From: an uncultured Thermoleophilia bacterium
GTDB lineage: Bacteria > Actinomycetota > Thermoleophilia > UBA2241
NCBI GenBank assembly: GCA_963767505.1
Contig: CAVYDV010000004.1
Coordinates: 1,623 to 65,622 of the forward strand
DNA: 64,000 nucleotides
Reading direction: 5' to 3'
Part shown: positions 1 to 7,842 of the stretch, piece by piece
Layout: each line of letters starts with the position of its first letter
Numbering within the stretch: the stretch's first letter is position 1
The notes under the pieces: model-generated
What the model was told of the DNA's origin: nothing
Seen by the model: the letters and a program-made list of their open reading frames with translations, nothing else
Database searches by the model: none
Program-made: the position numbers and the translations under genes

Positions 1-95
1 CACCGTCGCCCAGGAGCCGAAGCCACTGTCGCCCGGCGACTGAAGCCGCGTCTCGGAACTGTCACACAGCTGCCGGAGCCACTCTGTCAAGCATG
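1..95 (-). mobile_element. Outer end of a second IS481-like copy lying mostly left of the window
   Basis: nt 1-95 are near-identical to 33793-33890, the segment just outside the start (33706) of the IS481-like transposase. Similarity drops sharply after about nt 95. Confidence 0.4.
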
Positions 96-273
96 TACCG
101 GAGTCGCACAAGTCTCACTACCTGTGTTGCCGCCGAATTGCCGACGAGACGTCTCACCACGGCCCAACACGGCTGATTCCAGCTCAGCACCGAGCCCCGC
201 CAGAACCCTGGACTGTGCAGCACAATCGCACATGGGCGACTACAGCCCGTCACGCCTTCCACATGATTCCCAA

Positions 274-311
274 ACCTGGTGTCGCTGGTTCGATTCCAGC
301 CGGGGGCGCCA
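274..311 (+). other. tRNA 3'-portion-like relic, copy 1 (no 5' half)
   Basis: ACCTG-GTGTC-GCTGG-TTCGATT-CCAGC-CGGGGGC-G-CCA reads as anticodon-stem 3' strand, 5-nt variable loop, T arm, acceptor 3' strand, discriminator and CCA. No complementary 5' acceptor strand was found upstream. It lies in a non-coding block (95-420) paralogous to 33890-34230. Confidence 0.5.
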
Positions 312-526
312 GAAGTGCCTGCATATGGCAACTTCCTGAGTCGCCCTCGCCGCGCAATCGCCCGAATTGCTGCCGAATGCCGACATTCTGCCGACGAGAC
401 TTCCCGTCACGAGCGGCAACAGTGGAACACGGGGCAACACGTAGCCCTGCGGTCCCCCCAACCGCGCATCGACCGGCATGAGCCACACAGGAACGAACGC
501 GGGACCGGCATGAGGTCGCGCGGCTC

Positions 527-772
527 CTATCTGATCAGGAAGTGCGCACCTGAGCACTTGGGCGGTTTCGTCGTCAGTCCGCAGTTGCAGATGGCAGTCG
601 TGGTCGCCTCGGTGATCTCGAACGAGAGCGGCACCACGTCGCTGCCGGCGTGCGATGTGTCACAGTAGGGAACCGTCTTCGTCTTGCCGCACCGACACCA
701 GTAGTAGGTGCCGGCATCGAGCTGGACCATCGCTGGGTGACTCCAGGCTTCGTCGTTCTCGAATCTGGGCAT
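527..772 (-). CDS. CDGSH iron-sulfur domain protein (81 aa), paralog A
   Basis: Two CDGSH-type motifs are present (CRCGKTKTVPYCDTSH and CNCGLTTKPPKCSGAH). The internal Met of ORF 527-865 gives the same 81-aa length as paralog 36209-36454. Confidence 0.85.
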   Translation of the reverse strand: MPRFENDEAWSHPAMVQLDAGTYYWCRCGKTKTVPYCDTSHAGSDVVPLSFEITEATTTAICNCGLTTKPPKCSGAHFLIR

Positions 773-1012
773 CGCGTCTCCTCTTCTCGCCGTCGCGGAC
801 GGTCGTCTCGGTGGAGGGGTGTGGCGTGCGCTCGCCCCTTCATACCCCGGTCGGCCTTCGCGCACGCCTCGCTAGGACTCTAGCCCCGCGATTAACGGCG
901 CCTCCTCCTCCAGGCTCGCGGGATGGCGCGCGAGTCGACGCCCCCATCGTGCCTCCGCCATGGACCCGGCACGCGCTTCGGGTGTACGGTGCAGAGGAGA
1001 GGAGAGAGGACG

Positions 1013-1132
1013 ATGTCGGTACTTGTCGCCTACGCCAGCAAGCACGGCGCCACCGAGGGGATCGCCGAGCTGTCCTCTGCACTGCGATCGAGCGCTTCCT
1101 GCCGCCGCATCTGGCGGCACTCTGCGAAGTGA
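1013..1132 (+). pseudogene. Flavodoxin-like protein, N-terminal fragment only
   Basis: MSVLVAYASKHGATEGIAE is a typical flavodoxin-fold N-terminus and is preceded by a GGAGAGGAGAG ribosome-binding site (RBS). The ORF then degenerates and stops after 39 aa. Confidence 0.35.
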
Positions 1133-1300
1133 CGCGGAACAGCACCGACTGGCTGTCGCCGCGGCTGGTTCATGGGGAACAAGGATTGCTAGCCGAGATC
1201 TGCCCACTGAAGCGTCATAGGTCCGATTCCAACGCCAACGCTCGATTGTTGTGAGCGCGCGCGCGGCATATAGCCCTAGTGACAGGGGGCCTATTCGGAG

Positions 1301-1765
1301 GTGGGAAGAATGGCGATCCCACGTTGGGATCCGTTCGGCGAGCTGACGAGCATTCGGCGCGAGATGGACAGGCTGTTCGGCCGACTCGGCTTCGGTGAGA
1401 GCCGGGTCGTCGCGACCGCATGGATGCCGCGGATCGACGTGACGACGAGCGGCGAGGACATGGTCGTCTTCGCCGAGATCCCCGGTCTCGACCGCGAGGA
1501 CATCGAGGTCGATGTCAGCGAGGGCATGGTCACCATCAAGGGTGAGCGAAAGTCCGAGACCGAGAAGAGCGAGGAAGGCTGGCTGATCCGGGAGCGCAGC
1601 TACGGGTCGTTCGAGCGCTCGTTGGCCCTGCCCGAGGGCGTCGACCCCGACAAGATCACGGCCGACTACAAGGAAGGCGTGCTCGAGGTACACGTCCCCA
1701 AGGGGGCGCAGGCCGTGAAGCCGGCGACCCATCGCGTCGCGATCGGTTCGGGCGACAAGGAGTAG
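1301..1765 (+). CDS. Hsp20/alpha-crystallin family small heat-shock protein
   Basis: The alpha-crystallin domain is recognisable (PRIDVTTSGEDMVVFAEIPGL...GVLEVHVPK). The start may instead be the Met at 1310. Confidence 0.9.
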   Translation: MGRMAIPRWDPFGELTSIRREMDRLFGRLGFGESRVVATAWMPRIDVTTSGEDMVVFAEIPGLDREDIEVDVSEGMVTIKGERKSETEKSEEGWLIRERSYGSFERSLALPEGVDPDKITADYKEGVLEVHVPKGAQAVKPATHRVAIGSGDKE

Positions 1766-2194
1766 GGCTGACGATAGTGCTCACAGCACGAACATGTTGA
1801 GTCCGGTGAGCGACGCCGGGCGCGCGACCGGCGCGGCGAAGCCGCGTCTGTGCGCACGGTCCTGCGCTCCATCGCCATACCCAGACTCCAGCGCGTTGTG
1901 TATCGTCGAGGCTGTGGAGAGACAGGGCACGCCTAGGTGTCTGCTCCGCGGCATCGGTCCCCCGCGTGGCCAGCCGCATCTTCGGGCAGACTGCTAGACA
2001 ACCTTACCCCATTCGTCGGTCCACTTCCTATGATAGTGCCAGAGCCGGCTGTGGGTGAGAGCGGGCGGTGCGTAGTCGGCGAGTGAGAACCCAAGCCACG
2101 CGAGCGTCGTGGACTGGCTTGACCCCCATTCGTTTGGAACCTCGGGGCTTGCAGCAGAATCGTTCAGGAGCGGCTATGGCTCGTCACGCCTTCC

Positions 2195-2241
2195 TCAGGT
2201 CTTCCGAACCTGGTGTCGCTGGTTCGATTCCAGCCGGGGGC
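2195..2241 (+). other. 5'-truncated tRNA relic, copy 2 (anticodon arm to acceptor end)
   Basis: CAGGT-CTTCCGA-ACCTG is a perfect 5-bp stem with a 7-nt loop, followed by GTGTC, the T arm GCTGG-TTCGATT-CCAGC, then CGGGGGC-A. No D arm or 5' acceptor strand is present. An IS3-type terminal-repeat fragment (CCCCATTCGTCGGTCCACTTC) lies at about 2010-2030. Confidence 0.5.
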
Positions 2242-2520
2242 ACCGGGTTCTCGCTGCACAGGGCAACTTCCTGAGAGCGTCTTGTCGCAGCTACGCCCGG
2301 ATTGCTTACGGATGCTAGGGCGCGTGCGTATCCGAGCGTGATCGAGACGGTGGCGTGTCCCGCGGCGTTTCGTGGAGACGGTCGAGTGGGATGTCCTCGC
2401 ACGGGGGCTGACTCGGCGTCACTTCGCCTCGGGGAGGGTATGGTGTATACATGCCCTCTGAACCGATCGCAGTTGAGGTTCTCCGCACGCCCGGGTGAGG
2501 ACGCTGGGAGGCGGAGCGTG

Positions 2521-4233
2521 ATGCATCTCTTCGCATCGCCGAACAGGAGGGCATGCCCGTCGCCTTCTCGGACCGATTCAGGTGCAGCCAGGACGAGGCG
2601 GAGGCGTTGCGCTTGCCCGGTTCCTGAGGATGGATTCTCTGCCGTGTCTCCAGCAACCCCATCAGACCGTCTGCTCGCCGCTCTGCGCGAGCTTCGGTGC
2701 TATCCGGAGGCGATCGGCCCGGTCGAGCTGATCGAAACGCACATCTCGTGGGTGTTCCTCGCCGGCGAGTGCGCCTTCAAGATCAAGAAGCCGGTGAACC
2801 TCGGTTTCCTCGATTTCAGCACGCTCGAGCAGCGGCGTTTCTTCTGCGAGGAGGAGTTGCGGCTGAACCGCCGCACCGCACCCGGGCTCTATTTCGGCGT
2901 GGTTCCGATCGTCGACAGTCCCGACGGCATACGCGTGGGCGGGACCGGGCAGGCGATCGAGTACGCGCTCAAGATGCGGCGCTTTCCTCAAGGGGCGCTG
3001 GCCGACAGCGTTGCACGACGCGCCGAGCTGGGCGTGGCAGAGGTCGACGCGATCGCCGGGGCTGTCGCAGCGTTTCACGCGGCGATTCCGGCTGCGCCCG
3101 ATGAAAGCGAATACGGCTTCCCCCAGCACGTCGCGGCGCCGGCCCTCCAGAACTTCGAGCAGCTCGACGGACTCGTTTCCGATGCAGGCGAGAAGGCGCG
3201 ACTCGCAGAGCTGCACGACTGGACCGGGCGCGAGAGCTTGCGGTTGCGCGAGGTGCTGGCAGCGCGCAAACGCGACGGCTTCGTGCGCGAGTGCCACGGC
3301 GACGTTCACCTGGGCAACATCGTGTTCCTCGACGGGCGGCCGACTCTGTTCGACTGCATCGAGTTCGATCCGGAGCTGCGCTGGATCGACGTCATGAACG
3401 AAGTCTCCTTCCTCGCCATGGACCTGCTCGAGCACAAGCTCGAGGCGGCCGCGTGGCGCTTCCTCAACGGCTACCTCGAGGCGACCGGGGACTACGCTGG
3501 CGTGCGCGTGCTGCGCTACTACCTCGTCTACCGCGCCATGGTCCGGGCGAAGATCGCCTGCATCCGTGCCCGCCAGACTGCGGTGGGCGAGGCGGCGCAG
3601 GGCAGGGCGCGCCGGGAGTACGGCGACTACCTGGCGCTGGCGGGTTCGCTGGCGGCGTCCGCGCGACCGGCGATCGTGCTGATGCACGGGCTCTCGGGTT
3701 CGGGCAAGTCCAGCATCGCGCAGACGATGCTGGAGCGTATCGGCGCGATCCGCGTGCGCTCGGACGTCGAGCGCAAGCGTCTGCACGGCCTCGAGGCAAG
3801 GGCACGCACGCACGCGGAACCCTACGGCGGGATCTACGCGCCGGAAGAGACGCGACCCACCTACGACAAGTTGGAACAGGTGGCCTGCCACGTCGTGGAG
3901 TCGGGGTATTGCATCGTCGTGGACGCGGCATTTCTTCAGCGTGCCGAGCGGAAGCGGTTCCGCTCGCTTGCGCGTGGGCTCGGCGTGCCATTCCTCGTCG
4001 TTTCGTGCAGCGCACGCGAAGAGACGTTGCCCACGCGGCTCGCGCGACGCGAAGCGGCGATCAGCGATGCCTCGGAGGCGGGTGTGGCGGTGCTCGAGAA
4101 CCAACTCGCGACGCAGGACCCCCTCGGCGCAGACGAGCTCGCGTACGCGGCGCCCATCGATTCGGAGTGGGACGAAGGTCGGCTGCGCCAGGCGATCGAC
4201 GGGATTGCCGACCGGCTCTTCGCCACGGTCTGA
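2521..4233 (+). CDS. Bifunctional phosphotransferase-like / P-loop (AAA) kinase-like protein
   Basis: The N-terminal half has the aminoglycoside-phosphotransferase-like fold (PVELIETHISWVFLAGECAFKIKKPV..., HGDVHLGNI). The C-terminal half carries a P-loop (GLSGSGKSS). The start is uncertain: ATG 2521 or in-frame GTG 2644. The 5' part of ORF 2302-4233 looks non-coding. Confidence 0.75.
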   Translation: MHLFASPNRRACPSPSRTDSGAARTRRRRCACPVPEDGFSAVSPATPSDRLLAALRELRCYPEAIGPVELIETHISWVFLAGECAFKIKKPVNLGFLDFSTLEQRRFFCEEELRLNRRTAPGLYFGVVPIVDSPDGIRVGGTGQAIEYALKMRRFPQGALADSVARRAELGVAEVDAIAGAVAAFHAAIPAAPDESEYGFPQHVAAPALQNFEQLDGLVSDAGEKARLAELHDWTGRESLRLREVLAARKRDGFVRECHGDVHLGNIVFLDGRPTLFDCIEFDPELRWIDVMNEVSFLAMDLLEHKLEAAAWRFLNGYLEATGDYAGVRVLRYYLVYRAMVRAKIACIRARQTAVGEAAQGRARREYGDYLALAGSLAASARPAIVLMHGLSGSGKSSIAQTMLERIGAIRVRSDVERKRLHGLEARARTHAEPYGGIYAPEETRPTYDKLEQVACHVVESGYCIVVDAAFLQRAERKRFRSLARGLGVPFLVVSCSAREETLPTRLARREAAISDASEAGVAVLENQLATQDPLGADELAYAAPIDSEWDEGRLRQAIDGIADRLFATV

Positions 4234-5189
4234 TGCGCAGCATCGACATCTTCAACGGCGACGCGGACGGCATCTGCGCGCTTCGGCAGCTTCGCCTTGC
4301 CGAGCCGGCAGACTCGCAACTGATCACCGGCGCGAAGCGGGACATCGCGCTGCTCGGGCGCGCAGACGCCCACGCCGGCGACAGCGTCACCGTTCTCGAC
4401 GTCTCCATGGAACGCAACCTGGCGGCGCTCCTGCGGCTTCTCAAGCGAGGGGTGCACGTACTGTATTTCGATCATCACTTCGCGGGCGAGGTGCCGGCAC
4501 ACGCCAATCTCGAGGCGGGGCTCGACGACTCGCCGGAGATCTGCACGAGCATACTCGTGGACCGGTATCTCAAGGGGCGTTTCCGAGTATGGGCGGTCGT
4601 GGGAGCCTTCGGCGACGGTCTGGATGATGTGGCGATGGATCTCGGGGGCTCGCTCGCTCTCGGCGCGGCGAAGCTGGAAGAGCTGCGCGAGCTGGGACGA
4701 TGCTTGAACTACAACGCCTATGGAGAAAGCGAGGCCGACCTCCTCATTCATCCCGCGGAGCTCTACGCCTGTCTGACGTACTACGAGGAGCCCTTGCAGT
4801 TCACCGCCCGGGAGGGAGTCTTCACCCGCCTGAAGGCTGCGAGGCGTGCTGACCTCAAGGCGGCCATGGGCGTTGCTCCATATTGGTCTGGCAACAGGGC
4901 TGCGGTGTATCTGCTTCCCGACCGACCCTCCAGCCGGCGCGTGATCGGGACGCTCGCCAATCATCTCGCCGGCATCGACCCACGGCGCGCGCACGCCGTG
5001 ATTGCGGCGAAGACGGGCGGCGGCCACACGGTGAGCGTGCGCGTGCCGGCTGCCAGAACCGTGAGCGCCGAGGCCTTCTGCCGGCGGTTCCCGTCCGGGG
5101 GCGGCCGGCGCGAGGCGGCAGGCATCGACGCTCTGCCCGACGGGCGGCTGGGGGAGTTCGTGGAGAGCTTCGGTACGGCGTTCGGGTGA
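4233..5189 (+). CDS. DHH-family phosphoesterase-like protein
   Basis: MRSIDIFNGDADGICA...YFDHHF contains DHH-type motifs. The start overlaps the upstream stop (TGATG), implying translational coupling. Confidence 0.6.
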   Translation: MRSIDIFNGDADGICALRQLRLAEPADSQLITGAKRDIALLGRADAHAGDSVTVLDVSMERNLAALLRLLKRGVHVLYFDHHFAGEVPAHANLEAGLDDSPEICTSILVDRYLKGRFRVWAVVGAFGDGLDDVAMDLGGSLALGAAKLEELRELGRCLNYNAYGESEADLLIHPAELYACLTYYEEPLQFTAREGVFTRLKAARRADLKAAMGVAPYWSGNRAAVYLLPDRPSSRRVIGTLANHLAGIDPRRAHAVIAAKTGGGHTVSVRVPAARTVSAEAFCRRFPSGGGRREAAGIDALPDGRLGEFVESFGTAFG

Positions 5190-5194
5190 TACTG

Positions 5195-5365
5195 AGTACC
5201 AACTGAACCGAGGCCTTCCAGCTCGGCCTTCACCAGCGCTCCGCCACGGTGCGAAATGGTAGCCGAAGATGGCGAGTTCCATCGCGGCTGCTTCTCACTC
5301 TCGGATCTGATGTGCTCGGGGACGCCGTTCTCGAGAAAGAGGTCGGAGAGCGTCATCAGCACATC
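5195..5365 (-). pseudogene. IS3-family OrfB (rve integrase) fragment
   Basis: VLMTLSDLFLENGVPEHIRS matches the EVLMTLSDLFLQYGVKEHIRSDNGPEF block of the IS3 OrfB at 20060-20140. It is truncated on both sides. Confidence 0.5.
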
Positions 5366-5468
5366 GTGGCCGGTGATGCGGCGCTACGGGGAATCTGGCA
5401 CGCCCCGGGTTTGACGGAGGCTCCGTTTCTTGGAGGATCGTATCCTCAGAGAAGGGAGACCGCGTCTC

Positions 5469-5732
5469 ATGGCCAGACCATCGAAGTACTCACCGGAGTT
5501 CCGGCAGCGCAGTGTGCGCATCGCCCGCGAGTCGGAGCGTCCGATCGCCGCGGTCGCGCGTGACCTCGGCATCCACCACGAGACCCTGCGCGTCTGGGTG
5601 CGCCAGGACGAGGCGAACGACGGCACCCGCGCCGACCGGCTGGCGAGCGCCGAGCGCGAGGAGCTGGCGACGCTGCGCCGCGAGGTCCGTGACCTGCGCC
5701 CGCTGCCGCAGCTGGGGCAGCTCTTCCTGTGA
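5469..5732 (+). pseudogene. IS3-family OrfA (HTH transposase) fragment
   Basis: MARPSKYSPEFRQRSVRIARESERPIAAVARDLGIHHETLRVWVRQ is a typical IS3/IS911 OrfA. No OrfB follows it. Confidence 0.6.
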
Positions 5733-5857
5733 CGGCGCTCGACCCAGTACCTCCTCTTGCACTCAGCGCAGCGCTGCGCCGCCACCAGACCGACATCGAC
5801 GATGTACTCCCAGGATCCGGGGCTACCCCGCCTCCTCACGTGACCGCGCACGCTCAC
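5700..5857 (-). pseudogene. Tyrosine integrase, N-terminal stump with Zn-ribbon insert
   Basis: MSVRGHVRRRGSPGSWEYIVDVG...QRCAECKRRYW...CPSCGSG resembles the arm-binding N-terminus of actinobacterial or phage integrases. The remainder of the ORF is low-complexity antisense of the OrfA fragment. Confidence 0.4.
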
Positions 5858-6103
5858 CTCCCTAGACGCGTGTCTACCTTGTACAGCAGCTTCGCTCCGA
5901 AGCCGGGGAACAGCAAGGCGAGAAGGTGCACCGGAAGCACCGGAGATGCGCCGACGAAGGACCTGTCCGGTGCGTTGCTCCGCTCAAGGCGGCGACACCG
6001 CCACGCCGATCGGCCATGCCGAGAGGCCTCGGGGAAGATTGCCGTCTGACCGCAGTGGGATACTGTGCATCCGAGACGCGGGCTGACCTTCGGAGCAGAT
6101 GAG

Positions 6104-7576
6104 ATGCGCGGACTCTCCAAGTCGAAGATCATGGACGGACTGCAGTGCCCTCGGCTGCTCTGGCTCAAGGTGCACCGTCCCGAGCTGGTTCGCTACCCAC
6201 CGAACATGGAGCGCATCTTCGCAATGGGACACGAGGTCGGACGCATCGCGCAGGAGCTTCACCCCGGCGGCGTCATGGTCGGACCTTGCCACGACGGTCC
6301 CCCGAGAAGGGGGGACCTGCGCCGGGCCGAGGCGGAGACCAAGCGGCTCCTGGGCGGGGAAGGCGACCTCACCATCTACGAGGCGACGTTCAGCCACGAC
6401 GGCGTCCTTGTGCGCATCGACCTGTTCTTCCGAGAGAGTGGGCGCTGTCGGTTCACGGAGGTCAAGTCGAGCAGCAAGGTCAAGCCCCACTACGCCCTGG
6501 ACGCGGCCATCCAGACGTGGGTCCTGCGCGAGTGCGGTGTGCCCGTGGAGCAGGTCCGCCTGGCGCACATCGACACCGCCTTCGTCTACCGCGGCGACGG
6601 CGACTACACGGGGCTGCTCGCCGAGGAGAGCATCACGGCATCGGTCGAGACTCTCGTGCCTGAGGTGCCCGGCCACGTCGCCGCGCTCCGCTCGATGCTC
6701 GAGCGAGACGTGCCGCCGCCGATCGTCGGACCGCACTGCAGCGCGCCGAACCCCTGCCCTCTGAGGGAGCACTGCCGTGGCGAGACCGCCGAGTATCACG
6801 TCGCCTGCCTGCCCCGCGGCGGCAGGCTCATCCCGGCCTTGCAGAGGGAGGGCTACTTCGACCTGCGCGACGTCCCCGCCGGGAGGCTGGCGAAGGCCGA
6901 CCATCTGCGCGTCTGGCGCGACACCTGCAGCGGCCAGGCCGAAACAGACGCCGCTCTCGGGGAGCTCTCGCGAGCCCTCCCCTTCCCGCGCTACTACCTC
7001 GACTTCGAGACGATCGGCTTCGCGGTGCCCATCTGGGAGGGGAGCCGTCCCTACGAGGTCCTGCCGGTGCAGTTCTCCTGTCACGTCGAGGGGTCTGACC
7101 GCACTCTTGAGCACTCCGAGTTCCTCGATTTGAGCGGCGAGCCGCCGATGCGCGCTTGCGCCGAGGCCCTTGTGGCAGCGCTCGGTGACGAGGGCCCCGT
7201 GCTCGTCTACACGGGCTTCGAGGAGCAGCGCCTGAAGTGGATGGCGAGTGCCTACCTCGACCTCGCCCCGGCGCTGCTGGCCATCATCGATCGACTCGTC
7301 GACCTACATCCGCCGGTTCAGCTGCACTACTACCATCCGGAGATGCGTGGCTCCTGGTCGATCAAGGCCGTCGTGCCCACCGTCTGTCCGGAGCTCGCCC
7401 ACGACGACCTCGACGAGGTCCACGAGGGCACCGGCGCGCAGGCCGCTTTCGCCGAGGCCATCCGGCCCGAGACCTCAAGGGAGCGCCGTGCGGATCTGCG
7501 GCAGAAGCTGCTCGCCTACTGCGAGCGCGACACCGAGGTCATGGTCAGCCTTGTGCGGCACTTCGAAGATGGCTAG
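6104..7576 (+). CDS. DUF2779 domain protein (Cas4-like PD-(D/E)xK nuclease N-domain plus RNase H-like exonuclease C-domain)
   Basis: The N-terminus MRGLSKSKIMDGLQCPRLLWLK is the family hallmark. Other family features are TEVKSSS, a Cys cluster (CSAPNPCPLREHC) and YYLDFET...CERDT. Confidence 0.75.
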   Translation: MRGLSKSKIMDGLQCPRLLWLKVHRPELVRYPPNMERIFAMGHEVGRIAQELHPGGVMVGPCHDGPPRRGDLRRAEAETKRLLGGEGDLTIYEATFSHDGVLVRIDLFFRESGRCRFTEVKSSSKVKPHYALDAAIQTWVLRECGVPVEQVRLAHIDTAFVYRGDGDYTGLLAEESITASVETLVPEVPGHVAALRSMLERDVPPPIVGPHCSAPNPCPLREHCRGETAEYHVACLPRGGRLIPALQREGYFDLRDVPAGRLAKADHLRVWRDTCSGQAETDAALGELSRALPFPRYYLDFETIGFAVPIWEGSRPYEVLPVQFSCHVEGSDRTLEHSEFLDLSGEPPMRACAEALVAALGDEGPVLVYTGFEEQRLKWMASAYLDLAPALLAIIDRLVDLHPPVQLHYYHPEMRGSWSIKAVVPTVCPELAHDDLDEVHEGTGAQAAFAEAIRPETSRERRADLRQKLLAYCERDTEVMVSLVRHFEDG

Positions 7577-7842
7577 TGGGTGGTCTTGGCGCCCCCGGAG
7601 CGCACGCGATTCGGGGCGTCTTCGGGTCGAAACCAAGGTCGTGCGGCGCATGTTCTGCGAGTCTCTCTGATGTCTGACGCGCTCCAAGGCTGCAGCGTCA
7701 GTACTTGCAGGGACGCACCCGTCTGCGGGCATGCCATACTCTCCCCAGAGCCACACATCCACGCTCAGCGGAAGCACGTAGATCTGAGACCTACCTTGCT
7801 CGCGTGAGCGATCTAGAGAGCTCCCAAGAGGGGGCGTCGACT

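Noticed and set aside
274-311. The tRNA-like copies considered as functional tRNA genes, tRNA-Sec or the 3' end of tmRNA.
   Set aside because: No 5' acceptor strand complementary to CGGGGGC and no convincing D arm exist within tRNA distance. No UCA anticodon loop is present. The acceptor end lacks the tmRNA G-U/alanine-identity ending. Copies 1 and 3 have broken anticodon stems.
314-327. Further CATATG-centred near-palindromes (for example CCTGCATATGGCAA at 314-327), considered as extra operator copies.
   Set aside because: They match only the 6-8 bp core. By my rough estimate, CATATG alone is expected several times per window by chance.
2662-4104. Long antisense or alternative-frame ORFs. 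Examples: 2662-4104 (-), 3291-4232 (+), 872-1732 (-), 5984-7114 (-), 15495-16427 (-), 21844-22593 (-), 50916-52925 (-), 57272-58489 (-), 59489-60565 (-).
   Set aside because: Their products are Arg/Pro/Ala/Gly-rich and low-complexity, with no recognisable motifs. They lie opposite or out of frame to genes with clear family signatures. This is a typical high-GC artefact.
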